Origin: Macrostomum lignano
Lineage: Eukaryota
Assembly (NCBI GenBank): GCA_002269645.1
Contig: NIVC01004463.1
Span: 1 to 44,965, forward strand
Direction: 5' to 3'
DNA: 44,965 nucleotides
Shown: positions 22,635 through 37,870 of the stretch, in pieces
How positions within the stretch are numbered: position 1 is the first letter of the stretch
Layout: each line of letters starts with the position of its first letter
Notes under the pieces: model-generated
Databases searched by the model: none
What the model saw: the letters and a program-made list of their open reading frames with translations, nothing else
What the model was told of the DNA's origin: nothing
Program-made: the position numbers and the translations under genes

Positions 22635-23719
22635 AAAATCAAATCATAGATATGTAATACCTTGATACATAGACCTTAGGCAAATGCAATGTTTGATATT
22701 GTACACAGAAAATTTGTTAGCAGCAAATTTATTTCAATGAGATTTTACAGGATATTAATAAAACTTAAACGTTGGCCTAGCATAGCCGCCTATGCAGCTA
22801 TGCTATGTGTAAAAATAGGGGCCTATCATATGATGTTTTATACACGAATAAATCAGCGAAATGCACTGGGTTTTCTAAAAATATTCAGAAATTAATAGAC
22901 CGTCTGTACGATCACCTGTCTATCGAATCCTATCTTTTAATTTACAGGCGATCCTTTCCTTTTGAATAGGCCTATCTCAGGCTATCTGCATACGAAGATG
23001 ACATGGACATGACAGCAAATGAACGGAATGATACAGTGGGAAAATTAAATTAGTTTTTAATTACTGCCTGAATACTAATTACGATAGAATGTTTAGAAGT
23101 AGCCTGGTATTAACGTTAATTCCACGTAAGTAGGCGGCAGTTAACGACATTATATCTACTTTTTAAGTGTGCTGTGTGGCCTGTGGTCACTGGAGAGCAT
23201 TTGATGATTTCGATACCACGTACGAGCTAAAAACCTAGTTGATAAATGCTTTCAAATTTGACAAGTTGTTTACACTATAAAAAAGTAATATTGTGTCTTA
23301 TTTTATGTATATTTTTTGTTTCTAAAAACTAATAAGGATGTATAAACTATGCAATATCTTATGATTCTAGTTCTTTTGTTTTAATTATATATTAAACTAT
23401 CAGTTTAAAGTTCGAGTTAAAATTCATGAATTGTACTACTGTGTAGAACCGTGCGCGTCGAGTGCTTGCAATGCTGTAAAATTTAGTACTTGAACATGTA
23501 CATGCAAAATTAAACTGAAAATAGGATATTGCATAGGCGTAGGAACGTTTCAAAAGGTAGTGAGTGGGCAGGTTCAGTTGCGGATTTAGGGAGGATGGGG
23601 GGCGCACGCCCCGGCCTGTCGAGTTAGATTTTTTATTTTTTATATGGGAAATGCACATTATCATGTACCGATTGTTTTCAGAATCGGTGTTGTCAGCACT
23701 CATTCTGGCGCCGCTGGCA

Positions 23720-24230
23720 ATCATTTTAGCGCCGCCGGCATTCAATTTAGCGCCGCAGACAGTCATTTTTTCCGGCGCAGGCACTCATTTTAGCGCCGCA
23801 CGCACTCATTTTAGCGCTGCAGGCATTCATTTTAGCGCTGCAGGCATTCATTTTGGCAGCGCAGGCACTCCTTTTGGCAGCGCAGGCACTCATTTTGGCA
23901 GCGCAGGCACTCATTTTGGCAGCGCAGGCATTCATTTTGGCAGCGCAGGCATTCATTTTGGCAGCGCAGGCATTCATTTTGGCAGCGCAGGCACTCATTT
24001 TGGCAGCGCAGGCACTCATTTTGGCAGCGCAGGCATTCATTTTGGCAGCGCAGGCATTCATTTTGGCAGCGCAGGCACTCATTTTGGCAGCGCAGGCATT
24101 CATTTTGGCAGCGCAGGCACTCATTTTGGCAGCGCAGGCACTCATTTTGGCAGCGCAGGCACTCATTTTGGCAGCGCAGGCACTCATTTTGGCAGCGCAG
24201 GCACTCATTTTGGCAGCGCAGGTACTCATT
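23720..24230. repeat. 21-bp minisatellite (CATTTTGGCAGCGCAGGCA(C/T)T), ~20 copies plus degenerate left copies
   Basis: Direct reading; 7-aa ORF periodicity. Confidence 0.95.
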
Positions 24231-25351
24231 AAGCGCTGCAGGCGCTATGTTTCGTCGCCCTGCAGCAAAATGCATTCATGCAAAGCAGCAAAAACCAAAA
24301 ATAAGAGTAAAAAAGAAATGAAAAGTCTACATTTTGCATTTAAAATGTGGAGGGGCCAGATTACCATTACTGTCCCCCACTTTTACCCCTGTTCCTACGC
24401 CAATGGGATGTGGTGCTATCAATAAATCACAGTTATACCATGCACTATCTACATGTTTTATATATACCTGGAAATCATTGAACATCTTTAAATTTCAAAT
24501 GTATATATGCATTCTCATCGGCTTTTTGTCCTCACAGTCATTTTCTTTGCCCGAAAGCTGGGATGCTAAGCATAGGACTAGCATTAGCAATAACAAATAA
24601 GGAAAATACACACAATTATTTAAGGATACCACAAAGAAATCGTACTGAGCCAACTAGAAAAGCCAATGCAGCTGTAGCTGCGAAGCAAAAATCCCAAGTA
24701 CTTCGGGCTTTTACGTACGTTTTGACCATAAAAAGCGACTGCAAATAACATTAGACTAAATTATCCGTTGCACGTTTATAAACAGCTAGTTACTTTCATT
24801 TTGAATCGCCAACTTGTGCTTCTATACATTAGAAAATTACATTTTTTCTCGTACATGTATTTTATAGTATCAATCTTAATTTATATTATGTAAAAACCAG
24901 CTGGCATGTAATCTATTTTTAGTTACAGACTGTCTGTCAGTTTCAGAATTGAAATAGTGGAGATTTCTGTTGCAGTTATCTATGGTCGAAAAGTAGAAGA
25001 CCGAGGCTTTGGGATTTTTTGGCTCCAGCTTTAATACAATAGCTCCATGGATGACTGCATGGCTCTATTGGCTCTCAGTCTTACATGTAGCTCTTTGGGC
25101 TACGACATGCGAATTCTCGTTGTGGTGAATAAAAAAGGAACGGAAAGGCACGAAAATCCCCAAATTTTGTCTGTGGTTAGGAGGTTAGTCTAATACGCGT
25201 TACATAATCCACTTCTGCATCTCATAGTTTAATTGCATTCGAACTTTCGAATCTATTAAAAATCATTTTGTTAAAGTTTAATTCGTCCTTTGGTTAGTTT
25301 AACTTATAGAAAATCATTGAAAAGTACATGTAGCTCTCCACAATTTACAGC

Positions 25352-28300
25352 ATGTTGACTGTCGTGGCTGTTTCGACTGTTTCATTACTGCTAGCAGTGA
25401 CGCCGGCTCCGGTAAATGGTCAGTCAGATTTCTTAGCTTCAAATTCAATCTACATCCATCTTCGTCAGTGCCGATGGGCGCCGCACACGGCCAGAGGCGA
25501 GAACGGCCACAGAAGGGAGGTGTCCGAGCTTAGTTCGGGCAAGCTGAGCGCCATGTTCAAATTCGATGAACAGGAGGACTGGGTTGACTACACGGATTCG
25601 AAAGCAAATCTGCGCACCGACAACTTGTTGCCGAAGTGGATTTTTCGCAATAGCGGCGTTCAGGTAAGCCGTAGCTGTAAACAAATGCAGTCACCAAGGT
25701 AGTGGCTTCATCAGCTACCAAATCTACCTCCAGGCATTGCTGGGTGCCATCCTGCTGGTTGACAAAGTCAGCCTTGACAGGGAGAAGCCGGAATCCGTGA
25801 TGTACATTACGCCGTGGAACATTCTGTTGTGCGGCGTCTACAAGTTTCACTCGGAACGGAACTTGTACGATACTATTGTCACCAATGTGCTGGAGGAAGA
25901 GAAAAAGCTCGTTGACCTTATCGATCTGGTGTACAGACTGGGACTGTGTGCCGTAAATCAAATGAAAGAAAGCTGCCCGTCTAACTGCCTGGCTGACGAA
26001 GCCGTTGTCACGTAAGACACAGTAGTTAGTGTGTAGTGATAGTAGTGATAGTAGTCAAAGTAGTCATAGTAATCATAATAATCATAGTAGTCATAGTAGT
26101 CATAGTATTCATAGTAGTCATAGTATTCATAGTAGTCATAGTAGTCATAATAGTCAGTAGTCATAGTATTCATAGTAGTCATAGTATTCATAGTAGTCAT
26201 AGTCGTCATAGTAGTCATAGTAGTCATAATAGTCAGTAGTCATAGTATTCATAGTAGTCATAGTATTCATAGTAGTCATAGTAGTCATGATAGTCAGTAG
26301 TCATAGTATTCATAGTAGTCATAGTATTCATAGTAGTCATAGTAGTCATAGTAGTCATAGTAGTCATAGTAGTCATAGTAGTCATAGTAGTCATAGTAGT
26401 CCTAGTAATCATGGTACAGTAGCCATAGTAACTGTAGCAGTAGCCGTAGTCGCTAATCCCCATTTCTCCCAGAAACTGCTCAAACGTGGCGAACATCAAG
26501 CTGGGCGTGGACGTGAACTGCTTCACGGAGCTGGAGGTCGAACTACAGTACCACCCATTTCGAAAAGCGGAAGTTGACAAGATCACATATCAGGCCTTCG
26601 CGCGAGAAATCGATGACTTTCGCGAATGGCACAGCACACTGCCTGTGGAAAAGCGAATCCCCATGGAGATCTTCGATGAGAATCTGCGCAGCCACAAGCT
26701 GGTGCTCTTCATCATCAAAGAGCTGCTCGCGAACGATCCGGACGAGAAGCCGGTGACAATTGACGACCAGTATGCGATGTTGCAAGTCAAATTCCTTGCC
26801 TCTGGATGCCTTCGCGACGATGAGGCGGTGCACAAGAGGAACCATTGCTTCCGGTTTCGGGCTGTGCTCCACCTGTGAGTCTCAGAATCCCTCGCATCCT
26901 CAGTCCCTCTCATCCTCAGTCCCTCTCATCCTCAGTCCCTCTCATCCTCAATCCCTCTCATCCCATCCCTCTCATCCTCAGTCCCTCTCATCCTCAATCC
27001 CTCACATCCTCAGTCCCTCACATCCTCAATCCCTCGCATCCTCAATCCCTCTCATCCTCAATCCCTCTCATCCTCAGTCCCTCTCATCCTCAATCCCTCT
27101 CATCCTCAATCCCTCTCATCCTCAGTCCCTCGCATCCTCAATCCCTCTCATCCTCAGTCCCTCGCATCCTCAATCCCTCTCATCATCAGTCCCTCGCATC
27201 CTCTATCCCTCTCATCCTCTATCCCTCACATCCCCATCCCTCTCATCCTCAGTCCCTCGCATCCTCAGTCTCTCACATCCTCAGTCCCTCTCATCCTCAA
27301 TCCCTCTCATCCTCTATCCCTCTCATCCTCAATCCCTCTCATCCTCAGTCCCTCTCATCCTCAGTCCCTCTCATCCTCAGTCCCTCTCATCCTCAATCCC
27401 TCTCATCCTCAGTCCCTCTCATCCTCAATCCCTCACATCCTCAGTCCCTCGCATCCTCTATCCCTCTCATCATCAGTCCCTCGCATCCTCTATCCCTCTC
27501 ATCATCAGTCCCTCTCATCCTCAGTCCCTCACATCCTCAATCCCTCTCATCCTCAGTCCCTCTCATCCTCAATCCCTCTCATCCTCAGTCCCTCGCATCC
27601 TCAGTCTCTCACATCCTCAGTCCCTCTCATCCTCAATCCCTCTCATCCTCTATCCCTCTCATCCTCAATCCCTCTCATCCTCAATCCCTCTCATCCTCAA
27701 TCCCTCTCATCCTCAGTCCCTCTCATCCTCAGTCCCTCTCATCCTCAGTCCCTCTCATCCTCAATCCCTCTCATCCTCAGTCCCTCTCATCCTCAGTCCC
27801 TCTCATCCTCAGTCCCTCTCATCCTCAATCCCTCTCATCCTCAGTCCCTCTCATCCTCAGTCCCTCTCATCCTCAGTCCCTCGCATCCTCTATCCCTCTC
27901 ATCCTCAATCCCTCTCATCCTCAATCCCTCTCATCCTCAGTCCCTCTCATCCTCAGTCCCTCTCATCCTCAGTCCCTCTCATTCTCAATCCGAAATTTTC
28001 AGTTGTTTAAGCCGTCGATACTGAATATTTGAGATTTTTCACATCCTCAATGCTAAGTTATTCTGAGCAAGCAAAGCTTTCGCATGTCTTTCGGATGAAA
28101 GTGATGCTTGTGTTTGATCGTTGACGACTTCTTTTGCATTTTCCCATCCAATGACTCTCTTCCAGACGCCTTGTGGAGCTGCAAAAGCAGCTGGTGGCAA
28201 AGCGCAACTGCATCTGCGCACTGGGCTTTCATTGGGACCCCGAGCGGGAGTCGTGCCAGAAGCGGCTGCTGGGCTACTGTCACGAACAAAATGTCTGCCT

Positions 28301-31300
28301 GAACGGCGGCATCTGCCAGGCTAGCGTGCGCAAATCGACCAATCGAAACGCGCTGGGAGTGGCGAGCGAAGAGATCGTGATTTTATGCACCTGCTCGGCC
28401 GCGTGGAGGGGCGAACGGTGCGAACTGGTGAGAGGCAATGGCGAAGGCTTGTCTTTTTGTACGGCTTTTTGAGTATCACCTCTGGCATCTTAGCGTTGGA
28501 ACAGCGGTGCCCGAAATGGCATCCGACATCTAATACGATGCGAGTTGGATGCCAACGCCAGCCATTGCCATTATTTGAATGCCATTGATATATCCGTGAT
28601 GAAATTCAATTCTAGAAGTAAACAACTCGCAACCATATCACAGAGACTCACTGATTGACAGCTAGAGCGTTAGAGAGTCAGAAGGCATTAATTGTTGACA
28701 GTTGTTAACTTTCCATTCTTCGGAGAGGGGTAGAGATTCAGAGAGAGGGAAAGAGAAGGAGAAAAGTTCAAAGTGAGGGAGAGAAAGGGGTGAGGTTCAG
28801 AGAGGGGGGAGAGAGAGAGTTAGCAGTTCAGAGAGGTAGAGACAGAGGGGGAGAGAGAGTTAGCAGTTCAGAGAGGTAGAGACAGAGGGGGAGAGAGAGT
28901 TAGCAGTTCAGAGAGGTGGAGACAGAGGGGGTGAGGTTCAGAGATGGAGAGAGAGAGAAGGGGTGAGATTCAGAGAGGGAGAGAGAGAGAAGGGGTGAGA
29001 TTCAGAGATGGAGAGAGAGAGAAGGGGTGAGATTCAGAGAGGGAGAGAGAGAGAAGGGGTGAGGTTCAGAGATGGAGAGAGAGAGAGAAGGGGTGAGATT
29101 CAGAGAGGGAGAGAGAGAGTTAGCAGTTCAGAGAGAAGGGGTGAGGTTCAGAGAGGGGGAGAGAGAAGGGGTGAGGTTCAGAGAGGGAGAGAGAAGGGGA
29201 GAGAAGGGGTGAGGTTCAGAGAGGGGGAGAGAAGGGGAGAGAAGGGGTGAGGTTCAGAGAGGGGGAGAGAGAAAGGGAGAGGTTCAGAGAGGGGGAGAGA
29301 GAAGGGGTGATGTTCAGAGAGGGGGAGAGAAGGGGTGAGGTTCAGAGAGGGGGAGAGAAGGGGTGAGGTTCAGAGAGGGGGAGAGAGAAGGGGTGAGGTT
29401 CAGAGAGGAGGGGGAGAGAAGGGGTGAGGTTCAGAGAGGGGGAGAGAGAAGGGGTGAGGTTCAGAGAGGAGGAGAGAGAAGGGGTGAGGTTCAGAGAGGG
29501 GGAGAGAGAAGGGGTGATGTTCAGAGAGAGGGAGAGAAGGGGTGATGTTCAGAGAGGGGGAGAGAAGGGGTGAGGTTCAGAGAGGAGAAAATGACTTCTT
29601 CTAAGCCTTGGGCTCTTGGAACCATCGACTGGTCTAGCAAGTCTATGGTTTGCTGTCAGGATGCGAGAACTATGACTTGCAATTAGCCGACTTCTTCCGT
29701 ACAGGAGAATGACGTCTGCCAGAACCAGGCATCCACCAGCACATGCGGCGATCACATCTGCCAGCGCGATCCTGACGTTGAGCACGGCTTCACCTGCATC
29801 TGCCCGCCGGAGACGCACGTCCGCATCTCCGAGAAGGATCCGCGCTGCCGCGACATCAACGAGTGCAGCGAACGAAATCCCGAACTAAATCCGTTGTGTA
29901 AAAACGACGGCGAATGCGAGAATCATAATCCCGGCTTCATCTGTGAGCGGCTTTGCGTTTTCATTCATTTGCGGTGTATTTTTCTCTTAGCACACTGGCT
30001 TGTGTTGAAATGCTTTGAGACTTGGAGAGGGGGAGAGATTCAGAGCGGGGAGAGATCCAGAGAGGGGAGAGATTCAGAGAGGGGAGAGATTCAGAGCGGG
30101 GAGAGATCCAGAGAGGGGAGAGATCCAGAGAGGGGAGAGATTCAGAGCGGGGAGAGATCCAGAGAGGGGAGAGATTCAGAGAGTGGGAGAGAGATTCAGA
30201 GAGTGGGAGAGAGATTCAGAGAGTGGGAGAGAGATTCAGAGAGTGGGAGAGAGATTCAGAGAGTGGGAGAGAGATTCAGAGAGGGGAGATTTAGAGAGGG
30301 GGTGAGATTCAGAGAGATGGAGAGATTCAGAGAAGGTGAAGAGATTGGGTTAGAAATCCAAATGCCGTAGAAAAATATACGGATGTACCAAGCGCCCAAA
30401 ATTGACAGTAAGAACTCAACACTCACTCAAGGCAAATGCCGGCACGGCTACTCCGGTCCCAGATGTGAATACCCTCCCGACCCGCCCAGCTGGAGCAGCT
30501 GGGAAGACTGGAGCAAGTGCATCCTGCCAGACAAAGCGCTCGCCTGCATGGAATCGCCAATGCAAGTTCGAATTAGACGATGCGAATCCAAAGGATTTGC
30601 GCAGCACTGCGAGGGCCCGAAGAGGGAGATTCGATTTCTCTGCCCAGGACAGATGAACAACTGGGACACAATGGGTGAGACTGGATGAGCTAGGTCTATG
30701 AGATCTGGTCTATAGATGAGTCTGTAGTTTTTTTCTAGAGATTCTGCAAAAGGGGAACTTCAAACCCCAAGGGTCGGAAGCGGGCTCCAAGGGCCGGGAG
30801 TGGGGGCTCCACGAGCCGGAAGTGGGAAGGGGGCTCCAAGGGTCAGGAGGTGGAGGGGGCTCCAAGTGTCAGGAGGGGGAGGGGGCTCCAAGTGTCAGGA
30901 GGGGGAGGGGGCTCCAAGGGTCAGGAGGGGGAGGGGGCTCCAAGTGTCAGGAGGGGGAGGGGGCTCCAAGGGTCAGGAGGGGGAGGGGGCTCCAAGTGTC
31001 AGGAGGGGGAGGGGGCTCCAAGTGTCAGGAGGGGGAGGGGGCTCCAAGTGTCAGGAGGTGGAGGGGGCTCCAAGTGTCAGGAGGGGGGGGGCTCCAAGTG
31101 TCAGGAGGGGGAGGGGGCTCCAAGTGTCAGGAGGGGGAGGGGGCTCCAAGGGTCAGGAGGGGGAGGGGGCCTTATGGCCCGGGGGTAGGACAGGGTGCTT
31201 CAAGGGCCGGGAGTGGGGAGAGGGCTCCAAGGGCCGGGAGTGGGGAGAGGGCTTCAAGGGCCGGGAGTGGGGAGAGGGCTTCAAGGGCCGGGAGTGGAGA

Positions 31301-32448
31301 GAGGGCTCCAAGGGCCGGGAGTGGGGAGAGGGCTTCAAGGGCCGGGAGTGGGGAGAGGGCTTCAAGGGCCGGGAGTGGGGAGAGGGCTTCAAGGGCCGGG
31401 AGTGGGGAGAGGGCTCCAAGGGCCGGGAGTGGGGAGAGGGCTCCAAGGGCCGGGAGTGGGGAGAGGGCTTCAAGGGCCGGGAGTGGAGGAGAGGGGCTCC
31501 AAGGGCCGGGAGTGGGGAGAGGGCTTCAAGGGCCGGGAGTGGGGAGAGGGCTCCAAGGGCCGGGAGTGGGGAGAGGGCTCCAAGGGCCGGGAGTGGGGAG
31601 AGGGCTCCAAGGGCCGGGAGTAGGGAAGGGGCTCTATTGGCCGGGAGTGGGGAGAGGGGGCTCCCAAGTTCAGGAGTGGGGCTCCGACGAGGCTTGGGCG
31701 TGGGCTCCAAGGACTCGAACGAAAGAGAGAGAAAGAAAGAAAGAAAGAGAACGTGCCGCCCGCAGCCTGCAGCCGGTACCGCGGCAACGTAACGCACCGT
31801 GAGGTCACTGGCTACAGCCGACTGGACTACCTAGCAATCGAGGAATTCGGCAAATTCTCCGCCCACGAATTGGAGCTGGTGCTGGCCGACAGTCTGAGCA
31901 GCTACATGCGAAATTTCGGCCTGCTGAGTTGCACAATGGGCTACTGCCTGCTCACACCTGTGCTGGTGGGCTGGTGCCTGTGGCGGATCCTTCGCTCCAA
32001 AATCATTGCCAGCCGGCTGGCCGGAAGCAGCATAGCAGCCGGGATGCAGAAGCAGCGACAGGCGGCCAAGGAGGAGGCGGAGAAAGAGGCCGCGGTGATG
32101 CTGCGTCGGGCGGCGATCGCCCAGGAGAAGGCGAGGCGGCGTCGGGCGGCGAAGCGGGAGGACGCGGAGGCGCTGGAGCAGTGGAGCCAGCGCCAGCTGG
32201 AAGAGGCCTGCTGGGAGCTGGCGACAATGAGGGAGCAGCGGGAGCAGCTCAGGGAGAAGGAGGAGCAGGAAAGGCGACTGGTGCTGGCGAAGATGGAGAC
32301 CCGGCTGGTGAAGGTGTCGGCCAACAAGAAGCGGCTACAACGGGCAGCCGCGAAAGACAATAAAGGAAACAAATTGGGGAAGCCGAATGGGCAAAAGCCA
32401 AAGGCCGAGAAGCAGGAGCAGAAAAGCCCGGGAGAGGGACATGCATGA
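25352..32448 (+). CDS. Predicted type-I membrane protein: signal peptide, unknown N-terminal region, 3-4 EGF-like modules (one Ca-binding type), TSP1-like repeat, TM helix, coiled-coil tail; exons 25352-25663 (possible 57-nt intron 25412-25468), 25734-26011, 26473-26874, 28166-28427, 29705-29942, 30432-30674, 31766-32448
   Basis: Phase-consistent GT-AG joins give 805 aa (786 aa with the small intron). Motifs: MLTVVAVSTVSLLLAV signal; CLNGGIC..CTCSAAWRGERCE EGF; DINEC..CKNDGECENHNPGFICKCRHGYSGPRCE cbEGF; WSSWEDWSKC..RIRRC TSP1-like; MGYCLLTPVLVGWCLW TM followed by RILRSK; E/K/R/A-rich tail. Confidence 0.8.
26033..26430. repeat. 9-bp repeat (CATAGTAGT and variants) in intron 26012-26472
   Basis: Direct reading. 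Confidence 0.93.
26885..27990. repeat. 16-bp pyrimidine-rich minisatellite (TCCCTCTCATCCTCA(G/A)) in intron 26875-28165
   Basis: Direct reading; 16-aa ORF periodicity. Confidence 0.96.
28725..29585. repeat. Purine-rich ~25-30-bp minisatellite (core GAGAAGGGGTGAGGTTCAGAGAG) in intron 28428-29704
   Basis: Direct reading. Confidence 0.9.
30025..30335. repeat. Purine-rich 18-20-bp minisatellite (core GAGAGATTCAGAG) in intron 29943-30431
   Basis: Direct reading. Confidence 0.9.
30775..31670. repeat. Two adjacent G-rich minisatellites (26 bp, ~30830-31170; 27 bp, ~31200-31630) sharing a GGGCT(C/T)CAAG core, in intron 30675-31765
   Basis: Direct reading; 26-aa and 9-aa ORF periodicities. Confidence 0.93.
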
Positions 32449-33006
32449 AGACCTGAAAGCTAACTACTCAACACCAATCTATCACTGCCCAATATCGCTT
32501 CAAATTCGAACTGGCGCCAAAACGGAGCTAATCTACGATACATTTATAACAAGTCAAACATTCAGTAGTTAATCAAATAAAAATCTTCGAAAAAAACTCC
32601 AATTAAATCTAATAGTTGTTTCAAAGTGAATTATATTTTATCTTCTTCGTCATACTACTATTAGTAGAGCAAAAACGTTAGAGAAAAAACCGTGTAGATT
32701 CGTAGAAAGAGCTGTGCCGAAAGCGAAGCTTGCAAAACTTGCTCTGGAGAGATTTGTTACAAAACGAAACAAAGTTTCTTCCGGGTTGGATTTCCGGGTG
32801 CGAATAATTTAGCAGTAATAAACAAAAGAGTTTTGCGCGCGAAACCAAATTATCTACTCAACTCGCGAGCAAAATTGGTTCGAAGGAATAGAATGAGAAA
32901 AGTTAAATTTCGCTAAAATAAAAGTTTAAATGAAACACAATAAACGAAAAAAATTAGAGTTGGGCTGTCAATCTGAGCCTGAGATCCTCGGAATTGGCAG
33001 AAACTC

Positions 33007-36747
<3,741 letters not shown>

Positions 36748-37870
36748 TGGCCTAAGTTTGCTCCGTGCCAAATGCTGCTGTTACTGCTGTGTAGCAAAAA
36801 TGCGAATTAAAATAAACGGGCATGAACTTCACCCAATATATACACATGCGCTTCAAGCTGCATTAAGCTTCGTGGTTGGAGAAGAAAGTAAGAGAGAGGT
36901 GGGAGGGAGGGCGGGAGAGAAAGAGAGGCAGAGGGACAGGCAGAGAAGCCATGAAGAGAACGGACCAGCTCAACCTGACGCGACTTGTGCCACCCAACCA
37001 TGGGAGCTTTGGTCTTATGCGCGTCTCTGCCTCCAGCTAGTGCTCTACACCGCAGTATAATGGCATGATTTTCCTGGGGTCGATGAGGACTGTGCGTTCA
37101 CACTGTACCCCACCGCCAACCTCTCCTACTCAATTGTATAGTACAGGCTCTCTAGAGAATTTTACTCAAAATCCGCGCGTATAATGCGCCACATGCTGCA
37201 TTACAAGGAGAGGAAATGCGCCGTTAATTAAGTAGAACTATATGAGAAAGGTTTGTAAAAGTGTAAGCTAGTAATGAATAATAGCGGGTGTAAGACTGCC
37301 GGCTATACCGATTTGTGTATTTATAATGTTTTTAGCTAAGTACACGTAGGGCAAAAACGAGCCTGTTATACTACTATAAAGCTACCAGTGTGCATATCTA
37401 AAATAAATCTTAGAAGGTGAACTGAAAATTATCAAAAACAAGCATAAAAATACTCATGAGAATGTTTAATCATGAAAGAGAACAAGCAGATACGTAACAT
37501 GAATAACGAATGCTTTACAAAAAGTGTGTTTTACAAGCTTAAGACCCTCAATTTTCATCGCGAATCGAAGATTAATAATGTGGGATGAGGAAACATCCTA
37601 CGTTCCAAGACTTTTCCAAGTCAATCCAAGCACGGTTACTACTTATTCGACGGTTTTGGTAGCTCAATCGTTGCTCAATCCAGACGCAGCAAAGCACATA
37701 AACTGGAAGGATTCTCCTTCTTCCAGCAACTGCTTAATGCACACTGCGTCTTTGCAGACCAAAAAACACTAATCGTATGCGCATATTGTAAGAACAGCAA
37801 AACGACCAGCTTTTAGGGTCACGTGACGACTGTTCGATCCAAACCCGATTGAGTTAATCGAATAGCGAAG

